From Lewinellaceae bacterium (GTDB taxonomy: Bacteria > Bacteroidota > Bacteroidia > Chitinophagales > Saprospiraceae): a stretch of 64,000 bases of DNA. Positions 9,910-21,921 of this stretch are shown piece after piece. Location of the stretch: assembly GCA_016712415.1 (NCBI GenBank), contig JADJRC010000015.1:43670-107669 (forward strand), in the 5' to 3' direction. A model generated the notes under the pieces. The model was not told where the DNA came from. It saw only the letters and a list, made by a program, of their open reading frames with translations, and searched no databases. Positions within the stretch are counted from its first letter, which is position 1. Each line of letters begins with the position of its first letter. A program made the translations under genes and the position numbers.

Positions 9910-10444
9910 TTAGGGTATGAATTTTTCGTAGACGGCTGTGCCGGTAGAGGGATCTTTGCCGAAAAGTTCGACGTATTCCACTTTGGGGGTCAGGGTAAAG
10001 GTGGTGCCTTTGTCAATTTTTACAAAAACCTTCTGAAGCGCCATTTTTTTGTTGTTGATCTCGATGAGGACGTAAGGTTTGCCTTTTTCATCGAATTTCA
10101 GGCGCAACTTTTTTTTGGAATAGCTGACAAGGTGAAATTCGTATTCATTGCTGCCTTCTACTTTTTTGGCTTTTACGCCATAGGCGAAGGTGCGTTGAAG
10201 GTAGTTCAGCCCGGCTGTGCTGCCGTCTTCGGCGTATCTGATCCAGTAAATATTGATGGGTTTGTCTTTCTGAAAAGCTTTGCCTTCTACGTTGGCATCG
10301 TATACGATCGTATTGGTGTTGCCGGTACGCTGGATATAAAAAAAGACGGTTCAGGCCGTCAGGTGGGGTCGGGTAGGAATCCTGGGCAAAAATTGCGCCT
10401 GCGGAAAACAGGGTCAGCAGCAGGATGGAAAAGCATTTATTCAT
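9910..10444 (-). CDS. small secreted protein (from memory DUF4833-like), interrupted by a 1-bp indel in an A7/T7 run
   Basis: ORF 10145..10444 gives the signal peptide MNKCFSILLLTLFSAGAIFAQDSYPTPPDGLNRLF. Removing one base from the homopolymer at 10338-10344 joins it to the frame ending at 9910 (YIQRTGNTNTIVYDANVEGKAFQKDKPINIYWIRYAEDG...VYEKFIP). Confidence 0.55.
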
Positions 10445-10450
10445 GAATCA

Positions 10451-11155
10451 TTATTTATTTTCGAGCGCGTCCAGCGCAGCCTTCGATTCGCGCAGCCGCC
10501 GTATGGCCGTCCAGTTGGTCAGAATGGCCATGATAAAAATTGGAAAAGTAAAAAGTGTGATGTTTTCCAGTAAAGGGAAACCGGTGCCGGGAACCGTGTA
10601 TTTGAATTGCCCGGAATACTGGGCCAAAATGCCGCATAACACTGCCGAAATACCGATCAGGAGAATGCGCTCCGGGCGTTGCATCAATCCTCCCTTGCAT
10701 TCGATACCGAGGCTCTCGGCGCGTGCGCGCACATAGCTCACCATCATGGAGCCGATCATCGCAATAAAGGCGAAGAGCGAACTCAGGAAATAGCTTTGTG
10801 CAACGAGGTAATAGCAAATACCGAGAAACATCGCCAGTTCGCTGTACCGATCGAGTACCGAATCGTACAATGCGCCGAACCGGCTCTCCATCCGGCCCAC
10901 GCGGGCGAGGCGTCCGTCGATCATATCAAACAAGCCGCCAAACAGGATAATCGCACCGCCCCATCCTACATACCGCAGATCGGTACGGGGCTCTCCGCCA
11001 CCCACAATGAAAACCACTGCCGCAATCACATTAATAGCAAAACCAATCGTGGTCACGGCATTAGGCGTAATGCCGATCTTCAGAAGCAAATTAATGAACG
11101 GGTTAATGAGCTTATAGACGATAGGCTGTCCCACTTCTTTCAGAAAATTCGACAT
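10451..11155 (-). CDS. CDP-alcohol phosphatidyltransferase (phosphatidylinositol-phosphate synthase-like)
   Basis: 234 aa, polytopic. The signature D-x2-D-G-x2-A-R...G-x3-D-x3-D is present as FDMIDGRLARVGRMESRFGALYDSVLD. Confidence 0.85.
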   Translation of the reverse strand: MSNFLKEVGQPIVYKLINPFINLLLKIGITPNAVTTIGFAINVIAAVVFIVGGGEPRTDLRYVGWGGAIILFGGLFDMIDGRLARVGRMESRFGALYDSVLDRYSELAMFLGICYYLVAQSYFLSSLFAFIAMIGSMMVSYVRARAESLGIECKGGLMQRPERILLIGISAVLCGILAQYSGQFKYTVPGTGFPLLENITLFTFPIFIMAILTNWTAIRRLRESKAALDALENK

Positions 11156-11317
11156 ATGGCTTCGTTTTGAAATTACCTGGCTGAGAACTTGTCAAAAGTA
11201 GCGAATTGACCGATCATGCGCGTATTAATTCTGACTGGTCAAAGCATTTTTTGCACGAAAATCACCCCAAATCTAATCAGTAAGGCTGTTTTTCCAGACA
11301 AATTTCAGTTGTCATCA

Positions 11318-13888
11318 TTAAAACTCCAGCCTGAAGCGCATCCGGACGCCGAGTTTGGAAATGCCCGGGTGATCGGTGTATGTTAGACGGCGGACCAGGT
11401 CGAGGCGCACAAACTTGAATATGTTGGCTACGCCCACGCTGGCTTCTATGTACGGCTTTTTTTCCAGGGTATAGGTGATGGTATTGCCATCGTCGTCGAC
11501 CGGGAATGAGAGCAGGCCATTTTCCGGACTGGGACGGTTGCTGTCGTCCAGGCCCCCCCACAGCGCCTTGGCCGTAATCACCTCGCGCCATTTCCAGGCC
11601 TGCGGAGCAGGGGAATGCGGTTGAAAAAGAAACCGCCGAAATTGTGAAAAGCGCTGATGGCGAAGTACTTGTCGCTGACAAATTCCAGAAAGTTCATCAG
11701 GTTATACGATTCCAGCTGGTAGGCATAGGTTTGGTTGGCGCGGTGCGCGACAAGCAAGGGGTAAGGCACGTTGCCGAACACCCTGCCGCCTTCCATTACC
11801 ACGATTGACCATCCAATGGGCGACAGGTAAAAGGTTTTTTCGGCTTTCAGGGTTACCCTGTGATAATCGTACTGGCTGCTGAGAAAATTTCCAACTCCGG
11901 CAGTATAGTCGACAGTAAAGACCGGGTACTTATTCAGAATGGGGGTGCGGTAGGTTGCGCCCTGGTAGAACTGTTCGTTGGGTGCATATCGGAACGAAGC
12001 GCCCAACTCGGTTGTGATGACTTCTTTTTGAATAAAGGTGCCGTCCTGGCGCTCGTAGTCGAACTTCAGCGCACCTGCCGGCGCATACCGTATGTTTTGA
12101 GCAGAAAAAGTGTAGGTTATGCCGTCGTAGTTCTCTTTGAGATATTCGATGCCCGCCGTTTTCACGTAGTACATCTTATTGTTCACACCCCGCTTGAACG
12201 ACAGGAAGAAGTTGTCTTCCTGGATGAACTTCAGGTTTTGTCCCGGTATTTTCACATCATTTTGATACCAGACTTTCAAACGGTTGATCGGGTACCGTAT
12301 CGGGTGCGACTTGCCGAAAGCGTAATAGGCGCCAAGATACCCTTTCACTTTTTCATCTTTGAAGCCATATGCGGCATACGTTTCGAGCATCAGGTGTTTG
12401 GAAAACTTCGGGTTGGTACGACCACCAGTCGACCGCGAAAACCTTCTACGGGGTTGAAGCTGTAAAAAGTATTGGCCGGACCAATATCAAAACCGCCGAC
12501 AGGGGTATAGCCCTCAAATATGAACTTAACAGTGCCCATGAACCGCCGGAACGGGCGGTAGTTGTTAAGACTATCCACCATTTTATAAATACCGCGCTCG
12601 CGAACGGAAAGCGTATCATGGCGGTTTTCCGCCCAGAAAGCCTCTGGACGTACCTCGGCGTCTTCGTCCCTGAACTGGTTGACCTTGGTTTGGAAAAGCG
12701 AATCCGGCAGGAATTCATTCAGGCGATATTTGGTATAGGAAGTGATCTTTCGCCCGAGCAGCGACCGTGCGTTTGCGCTTTTTGTCAAACCGAAATCCAT
12801 AAATATCTCGTCCTTCGACAGCATAAGGCCGCGCCCGGCGCCGGGTGTTTCCACCCAGTCAAACTCCTGGTTGATCTGCATTTCATTCACCCAGTTCAGG
12901 TTGATGTCTTTGGGAATACCCACTTCGATCTTGCGCAAGGCATAAGTAGTGTCGAGGGCAATCCACAGATAGCCCATAAAGCCCAGGTCGGATTTTTGCC
13001 GCGGTGCGAAATACATGTGCGCGCAGGGCGTACCCATAATCTTCACGGTGTCGAGGATATAAAAACGGTAAAGGGTGGGGGAGATTGGCGACAGCGGGCT
13101 GACGAAATCGACCGTGACCAGGTTGATCGAGTTGTCGTAAAAATCGATATCCTGATACATGTTTTCGATGCCGCTGGAGAGGCCCTGGTTGTCCAGGTAG
13201 CCCGGAAGGGTAGAGTTGCGCTCGCCGCGGATGTATTCTTTTTGCGACTGCGGCGACTTCCGGTAATAAACGTCAGACAGTGTTTCCCGCAGGAAGAAGG
13301 GCAGGCTGACATCTCCGGATACCTTGTTGGTATCGACATTGTCGAAAATGAACTGGATTTTTTTGAACAGAAAGTTGCCGCGCATCTTGTCCGTCACGTT
13401 GTTCAGTGCGAACTGGACCTTCTCGTATTTTTCAAAATCGTAGTAGTCGAACGATTCTTTCCGGTTCTTTTCCTTGTGATCGATCGCTTTTTGTATGAGT
13501 TCGACGGCGGGGTTGTTTTTATTCCGGTATTTACCCGATTTGACCACAACTTCCTTCAGGTTGCCGCCGCTTTCTTCAAGCCTTATGCTCAGTTCGGTAT
13601 TTCTACCGGGGCTTACTTTGAAATGCAGGGTGTTATAGCCAATAAGCGAAACAGTTAAAGCGGTGATCTTTTCATTTGTTTCGATATAAAAATTCCCGTT
13701 GATATCGGAGACCACACCGAGGTTGGTACCGTCGAATTTGAGGCTGACATAAGGCATTGCTTCTTCCGTAGCGGCGTCAACGACACGGCCACGCACAATA
13801 GTGGTAGTAGTCCCCTGGGCAAAAAGGGCGGATCCTACGGCGACAAAAAGGGCGATGATCAGCAGCCGGAGCTGGAATATTTGTTCAT
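11318..13888 (-). pseudogene. carboxypeptidase-regulatory-like plus DUF5686-like outer-membrane protein, split by about 3 indels
   Basis: ORFs 12390..13964, 11578..12390 and 11318..11581 read as one protein once frames are joined near 12420 and 11580. The likely real start is the ATG at 13888 (MNKY...), which needs a further 1-bp correction to reach the signal peptide FQLRLLIIALFVAVGSALFAQ. The motif RGRVVDAATEEAMPYVSL is CarboxypepD_reg-like. Confidence 0.65.
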
Positions 13889-14136
13889 AGCAAGAGGTTC
13901 GTTCAATTGATTCAAATGGTTGGAGTGTAACAGATTGATTCAGGATTAAAACGCTAAGTGTCAAAACACCTTTGCTGAAAAAAAGATTTTTAAAACCAAT
14001 AAATAATTATGGAACTCGCCATTCGGCAGAATATTGGACGTGTTACGGCAAAAAAGGTGGCAATACCAGTGATAAAACTTAAAACTGAATAAGCCTGACT
14101 ATCTACGTATAATCGGTGTATATGGATTTAATCGGT

Positions 14137-14562
14137 TTAGGTGAACACCATTTTTTTATTGAATACAAATCCGAACAGCCATACGGCCACTGCCGTTGAT
14201 ATTCTTGCCGGCCAGGCCTCTATGGCCAAAACGCTGTTCAAGAACCATACGCCTGCGACGTTGAGGCCCATACCCATCATAATACCTGATACATATCTCA
14301 GGCGCAAAACGTTCCCGTCGCTGCGTTTTGAATGGCTGAACACCCAGGAGCGATGCAGCCAAAAGGCTACCATTGCACCCAGTGTACGGCCGCAGACTGT
14401 TGAAAGCACAGGTGAAACGCCTATATATGCAAGCGCAACCTGGAACATTGCAAAATCTGCCGACGTGGCAACTGCCGATGTCGAACAATACTTACCCATC
14501 AGGCCGGCCAGATTTTTCATCCGTTGCCTCAGAGTAGGCTCATTTAAAAAAACGTCACTCAC
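14137..14562 (-). CDS. GtrA-family membrane protein
   Basis: 141 aa with four hydrophobic helices. It has GtrA-like features (FAMFQV...GRTLGAMVAFWLHRSWVF). Its start overlaps the pgpA-like stop by 4 bp. Confidence 0.7.
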   Translation of the reverse strand: MSDVFLNEPTLRQRMKNLAGLMGKYCSTSAVATSADFAMFQVALAYIGVSPVLSTVCGRTLGAMVAFWLHRSWVFSHSKRSDGNVLRLRYVSGIMMGMGLNVAGVWFLNSVLAIEAWPARISTAVAVWLFGFVFNKKMVFT

Positions 14563-15020
14563 TGTGTTAGTAACAGGTTCAGCACCTGGAGTAAAATATT
14601 AGCATAAACGCCGGCCATTACATCGTCGAGCACTACTCCCCAACCACCGGGGATAGCTTCCATTCGACGAATGCCCATCGGCTTGGCAATGTCAAAGAAC
14701 CGGAATAACGCAAATCCCAATCCGATGTTGACCAGATTGAGCGGTAAACCGACCAACGTCAGCCACATACCGACCATTTCATCCGCGACGACCTTTCCGG
14801 GGTCTTTGCCCCATTCCGGTTCAAAAAGATCTACCGCTTTTACACAAAGCCAACTGAAGACGACGATCAAAACGGTCAGGATCAGATAGGCGACGGGTGG
14901 CGCCACCCACATCAGGGGCCAGACGAAAAGACAAGCTACCGCCGAACCCCAGGTGCCGGGCGCCAGCGGTAGCAAGCCTGAGCCAAAGCCGTTAGCTATG
15001 AGTTTGTAAAAGTTCTTCAT
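14559..15020 (-). CDS. pgpA: phosphatidylglycerophosphatase A family protein (candidate PIP phosphatase)
   Basis: 153 aa. The N-terminal GFGSGLLPLAPGTWGS and FRFFDIAKP motifs are typical of PgpA. Confidence 0.85.
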   Translation of the reverse strand: MKNFYKLIANGFGSGLLPLAPGTWGSAVACLFVWPLMWVAPPVAYLILTVLIVVFSWLCVKAVDLFEPEWGKDPGKVVADEMVGMWLTLVGLPLNLVNIGLGFALFRFFDIAKPMGIRRMEAIPGGWGVVLDDVMAGVYANILLQVLNLLLTQ

Positions 15021-16348
15021 ATTCTTTCACCAGGTCTTCGTAGTAGTCGAGACCCAGGTGGGTAATCAACTCTTCACCCATCATATAGCGCAGGGTGTTT
15101 TCCAGTTTACTCAATTGTTTGAATATATCGTGCTGCGGCGGCAGACCGGGCGCTGTTTGCGGCGCTTTAAAATAGAAAGACAGCCACTCCTGGATGCCCA
15201 TCATACCGGAACGCTGTGCCAGATCGAGGAACAGGGCCAGGTCGAGCACGATCGGTGCGGCAAGGATAGAATCGCGGCACAGGAAGTTGATCTTGATCTG
15301 CATCGGGTAGCCGAGCCAGCCAAAAATGTCGATGTTGTCCCAGGCTTTCCTTGTTGTCGCCGTGCGGCGGGTAGTAGTTGATCCGGATCTTGTGGTAGAT
15401 ATCGCCATACAGTTCGGGCTGCGATTCGGCGTTGAAAATGCCGTCGAGTACGTTTCCTTTGGAGACTTCCTTGGTTTTAAAATTTTCCGGCGCATCGAGT
15501 ACCGCACCGTCGCGGTTGCCGAGGATATTGCTGGAAAACCAGCCGCGGACACCCAACGCGCGGGCATGAAGGCCGGGCGCCACAATGGTTTTCATCAGCG
15601 TCTGGCCTGTTTTGAAGTCTTTGCCGCCCACGGGCACACGATTCCTGTGCGACAGTTCTACCATAGCCGGAATATCGCAGGTCAGGTTGGGAGCGCCATT
15701 GGCGAACGGTACGCCGCATTGCAGGGCTGCATAAGCATAGATCATGCTGGGTGCAATGCGCTCGTCGTTGTTGCGCAGGCCGGCTTCGAAGGATTCGAGC
15801 GACTGGTGTACATCGCTTGCCTCAATATACGCCTCTGTGGAAGCGCACCACACCATCACAAGGCGGTCGCAGCCATTGTCGGCCTTGAAACGGCGGATAT
15901 CTTCCATGAGTTGCTCGGCGAGATCCATCTTGGTGGCGCCGGTTTTCACATGTTTGCCGTCGAGGTTGCGGACGTAGGTTTTATCAAAGACAGCCTTCAT
16001 TGGGCTGATCGTCTGCAATTCGTCTTTCAACTGTTCCACCAGTGTGCGGTCGAGCACTTTAGCTTCCAGGGCAGCCTGGTATACATTGTCGCTGTAAACA
16101 TCCCAGCCGCCGAAAACGATCTGGTCGAGTCCGGCCAGGGGGGCAAAATCCCTGATGCGCGGGTTGCGGTCTTCGGTGCGTTTGCCGAGGCGTATGGTGC
16201 CCATTTGGGTCAGCGAGCCGATAGGCAGGGCCAGCCCTTTGCGTGCAGCAATGACACCGGCGATAAACGTCGTGGCGACGGCGCCCATACCCGGCGTCAG
16301 GATGCCGAGTTTGCCCGTTGCAGGCTGTATTTTTATTTGTTTGTTCAT
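14992..16348 (-). CDS. ino1: myo-inositol-1-phosphate synthase (inositol-3-phosphate synthase), with a 1-bp frameshift near 15346-15348
   Basis: ORF 15167..16348 carries the MIPS motifs (GILTPGMGAVATT, NGAPN, GGKDFKTGQT, SSNILGNRDG). Its sense stops at ...YYPPHGDNKE. The frame of ORF 14992..15585 continues with AWDNIDIFGWLGYPMQIKINFLCRDSILAAP... One extra base in GGAAAGCC explains the break. Confidence 0.85.
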
Positions 16349-16395
16349 GTTTGCAAAATTTTATTGTGATATTTAGAAGGGTATTCCGGGGTATA

Positions 16396-17442
16396 TTAAA
16401 GGGTTGAATGATGGGTTACAGAACGGCGGGTTTCGTCGCCGGCTTTGTTGAGTATCTGGAGATCGGGTGTAGAGTTGTCGTCGAGCTTTACGTTGCCGCG
16501 TTCGCGGCGAAGTATGCGGGAAAAGAGCCCGACTTCCTGGCTGAACAGGAAAGTCAGCCACAGTTTGGTATACGATCCGTGATACTTCAGGTGATCGTAG
16601 AACTCGGGAGCTATTTTTTTCAATTCCGGCAGCTTGTTCCAGGGAATAGAGGGCATATCATGGTGCTCGTTGTGAAAGCCCACATTCAGGTTGATCGGAT
16701 TGAGGCGGCCATAATAACTGTACGTTTCCTGATTTTTATCGAGCACGAGGTAATGTTCCTGTATCCAGCGCGCACCCAGCGGATGCAGGCCTACTGAAAA
16801 CATAAAACTGAGCCCCATGTAGGCAAATGCTTTCCATCCGAGAAAATACACCACGGCAATATCGAAGGCAAATTGTACCACGACATTCAGGATGACCCAG
16901 CGGTCGATGATAGCCGCTTCGCGACAGCGGATGGTTCTTGCGGCCTGGAAAACAGGGAAAAGCAGCATCCATACGGCTTTCCCGATAAAGTAATTATTGA
17001 TCAGTTTGGCTTCCCAGCGTGAGGGCAGGTCGGCGTCGAGTTCATGCACACCCTGAAACGCGTGGTGTTTGATGTGAAAATTCTTGAACGAAATGGCGGA
17101 CGGGAGCAGGGAAGGAAGGTTGGCCACGATACCGGCAAATATATTCCACCGCGACTTGCGAAAAATCAGGTTGTGGGCTGCTTCATGGATGCAGACAAAC
17201 AGTGTATGGGTGGGAAATGCGCCTACGAGCCATGCGAGTGCTACCACCAGCCACCAGCTCTGATCCTTCAGCAGGTATGCCAGGGTGATCTGGAACAGTA
17301 CACACGCTGCAATGATAAATACAGTCGCGGGGTTTTTTCCAATCAGGGTTTTTACTTCAGGGTGTGCGGCTATGATCTCCCGTGTGCGAATACGATGCGG
17401 TTCGGTGCCTTCGACGTACGTGAAATCCTTCGGATGAGCCAT
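16396..17442 (-). CDS. sphingolipid delta-4 desaturase (DEGS/Des1-like dihydroceramide desaturase)
   Basis: Start MAHPKDFTYVEGTEPHRIRTREIIAAHPEVKTL (Lipid_DES-like N-terminus). His boxes HEAAHN, HIKHH and HNEHHD. It appears alignable by eye along its length with my recollection of human DEGS1 (...GLHPxxxxxIxEHY...ETYSYYGPLN...NVGYHNEHHD). Confidence 0.85.
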   Translation of the reverse strand: MAHPKDFTYVEGTEPHRIRTREIIAAHPEVKTLIGKNPATVFIIAACVLFQITLAYLLKDQSWWLVVALAWLVGAFPTHTLFVCIHEAAHNLIFRKSRWNIFAGIVANLPSLLPSAISFKNFHIKHHAFQGVHELDADLPSRWEAKLINNYFIGKAVWMLLFPVFQAARTIRCREAAIIDRWVILNVVVQFAFDIAVVYFLGWKAFAYMGLSFMFSVGLHPLGARWIQEHYLVLDKNQETYSYYGRLNPINLNVGFHNEHHDMPSIPWNKLPELKKIAPEFYDHLKYHGSYTKLWLTFLFSQEVGLFSRILRRERGNVKLDDNSTPDLQILNKAGDETRRSVTHHSTL

Positions 17443-17524
17443 AAACGGATAAGTATTTAATGTTACAAAAATGATGTTTGAACCCAGTTGTCGCCAACCA
17501 TTTTGTGGTTGAACGGTACTATTA

Positions 17525-18511
17525 TTAAAGCCAACGGTTGGTTTTGTACCATTGAATTGTTTCCCGCATGCCGGAAAACAGGTCGTATGCAGGCTGAAAC
17601 CGCAGGTCGTCAAAAGCTTCACTCATATCGCACAACCAGCTTTCGGCGGCCAGTTCGCTTATTTTTTCGCGATTGAGCGGCGGCATTTTACCGCTTACCC
17701 TGCCGGCCATCTCTGCACATGTCGCCACGATACGCACCAGCGATAAAGGCACTTTTATTTGCCTGGTCGGGCGGCCCGAAACTTTTTCAACTGCCAGGCC
17801 TACATCCGTATTGGCGTATGCTTTTCCATCGCTGGCCAGGTATTTTTTTCCCACTGTTCCGTATTCGAGCGCGGCGCACATCAGCCTTGCCAGATCAGTA
17901 ACGTATATGAAGCACAATTGCTGCGGCTTTGTTCCGATCAAAAAAGCCCAGCCTTTGTAGGCGAGCCGTATGGCAATGAAAATATCTTTTTCACGGGGAC
18001 CGAAAACGGCGCCCGGCTGAATGGCTACCCAGGGAAAACCGGGCAATGAAGCGAGATACTGCTCGGTCGCCAGTTTACTTTCGCCATAGAAGGTAACCGG
18101 CGCCGGTGTTTTTTCCGGGTTGATCCATTGTCCTGATACGGCGGGGCCTACAGCCGCCAGGCTGCTTACAAAGAGGAATTTCTCCGTTAAACCGTTGGTG
18201 GCGCGCAAGGCGTCGACAAAACGCCGGGTGTTCTCAAAGTTGCTTTCAAAATAGCCTTCCCGGTTGGGCTCTTTCGTGCTTCCGGCATTATGGATTACAT
18301 AATCAAATGATCCGGCCGCTTTCAACTTCGCCTGCAGATCGGCCTCATCGGCAAAATTCAGTTCGAGAAATTGTATGCGCCCGTCCTGCAGCCATTTCCG
18401 GTTACTGGTCGGGCGTATGGCAGCCGTTACTTCCCATCCACGGTTCAGCGCCTCTTCCACCAAAAAACCACCGATAAACCCACTGGCGCCGGTAATTAGT
18501 ATTCGTTTCAT
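17525..18511 (-). CDS. NAD(P)-dependent epimerase/dehydratase-family SDR (candidate ceramide/3-keto reductase)
   Basis: 328 aa. Rossmann motif ITGASGFIGG and catalytic YGESK. Its start abuts the upstream gene's stop with no gap. Confidence 0.85.
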   Translation of the reverse strand: MKRILITGASGFIGGFLVEEALNRGWEVTAAIRPTSNRKWLQDGRIQFLELNFADEADLQAKLKAAGSFDYVIHNAGSTKEPNREGYFESNFENTRRFVDALRATNGLTEKFLFVSSLAAVGPAVSGQWINPEKTPAPVTFYGESKLATEQYLASLPGFPWVAIQPGAVFGPREKDIFIAIRLAYKGWAFLIGTKPQQLCFIYVTDLARLMCAALEYGTVGKKYLASDGKAYANTDVGLAVEKVSGRPTRQIKVPLSLVRIVATCAEMAGRVSGKMPPLNREKISELAAESWLCDMSEAFDDLRFQPAYDLFSGMRETIQWYKTNRWL

Positions 18512-19633
18512 TCAAAGTTCCTTTTCATAAAGCCGGTACCTGCGGTAAACTTTCCCGCCAATATGGCCCAGCGCACGGTTCATCATCTCGTTGTGTTCCA
18601 GTATCCACGAGGCTTCGCCGCGTTTAATGCCTTTTCTGCGAGATGTCAGGATGATCCGCACGTAGAAGCACACATCGATTCCCAGCCGCCGGTATTCCTT
18701 GAGCGTACCGAGTGCAAGAATGCGGATGCTTTTAATTTTTTTCAACCCCAGCAACAGTTTGACGATGCCGAATGGAAAGAGCCGCCCGCGTTTGAGTTTG
18801 ATCTGTATCTCGTTGACGTTGGGGATGGTGAGCGAAACGCCGATCACCTTGCCGTCTTTTTCCGCAAACAGGATGTAGTCCGGATCGATTACAGGCTTCA
18901 AGTCCTTGCCGATCTGCTTGATTTCTGCCTCTGTCATCGGTACGAAGCCGGTATTTTCGGTCCAGGAAACATTGTACACCGGCAGAAATTTCTCGATTTC
19001 CGCTTTGTAGTTTTTCATGTCGATATTCCGGATCGTGATGCCGCGTTCGGCGAGCCGGGCTTCCAGTTTTTCGGCAAATTGCACGACCTCTTCCGTCATG
19101 TTTTCATCGCGCATCTCATAGCACAACAGGTCGGCAAATTTCCGGAAGCCGTATTGTTCTACCAGATCGTTGTAATACCTGAAGTTGTAGGGATTCATGA
19201 CAAATGCCGGCTCGTCGAAGTTTTCCACCAGCATGCCTACCACCTCGTTGGTTGAAAAATTGGCGGGGCCCGTCATCTTGGTCAGGCCTTCGCTGCGCAA
19301 CCAGTCTGCGACAGTATCAAAAAGCGCTTTTGTCACATCGTAATCATCCACGACGTCAAAAAAGCCGAAAAAGCCTTCCTGACGACCAGAAAAAGCGATG
19401 TGGTTGTTGTTCCGGATCGCGGCGATCCGGCCCGCGAGTTTGCCGTCTTTTTTTGCCAGAAAATATGCCGCTTTTGAATGCTGCAGGAACGGCGACTTTT
19501 TCGGATTAAGCAATGCCTCCTGCTCCATGTAGAGCATGGGGACATAATTGGAATCTCCGGCATACAGATCATGCGGGAAGTCGATGAATTGTTGCAGTTG
19601 GCGCTTGTTGCCGACTTTGATGATCTCGATCAT
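18512..19633 (-). CDS. GNAT-fold acyltransferase-like protein (candidate bacterial ceramide synthase)
   Basis: 373 aa. The C-terminal half has a GNAT-like acyl-CoA motif (LKEYRRLGIDVCFY). The call rests largely on its position between spt and the SDR. Confidence 0.55.
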   Translation of the reverse strand: MIEIIKVGNKRQLQQFIDFPHDLYAGDSNYVPMLYMEQEALLNPKKSPFLQHSKAAYFLAKKDGKLAGRIAAIRNNNHIAFSGRQEGFFGFFDVVDDYDVTKALFDTVADWLRSEGLTKMTGPANFSTNEVVGMLVENFDEPAFVMNPYNFRYYNDLVEQYGFRKFADLLCYEMRDENMTEEVVQFAEKLEARLAERGITIRNIDMKNYKAEIEKFLPVYNVSWTENTGFVPMTEAEIKQIGKDLKPVIDPDYILFAEKDGKVIGVSLTIPNVNEIQIKLKRGRLFPFGIVKLLLGLKKIKSIRILALGTLKEYRRLGIDVCFYVRIILTSRRKGIKRGEASWILEHNEMMNRALGHIGGKVYRRYRLYEKEL

Positions 19634-19674
19634 GCGCGTCGCAGGTGGTTAAGTATTTGACTTTCAGAAGCGTG

Positions 19675-21631
<1,957 letters not shown>

Positions 21632-21921
21632 TCAGGTTTCCGGTGGTTGTAAGGAGGCGTTGGTTCTGGATGTGCATTTACCCTGACAACATTGTTGCGC
21701 AAGGGTTCTGGTTTCGGATAAGTTTTTGAAATAGCGTAAAGGGGAGGAGTAAACGAATACGATGATTCGGGAAGATTAGTTTTTCCTTACTACCCACAAA
21801 GGTAAGTCACACGGTCGAAGCGTAGTTAGCTCCCATGTCGTTATTAAACAATCGTTTAAAAAAATTACACAATACTGAAAATCCGGAGAGGGGTGGAAAA
21901 TCACCCTGAATGACCCTTTCC

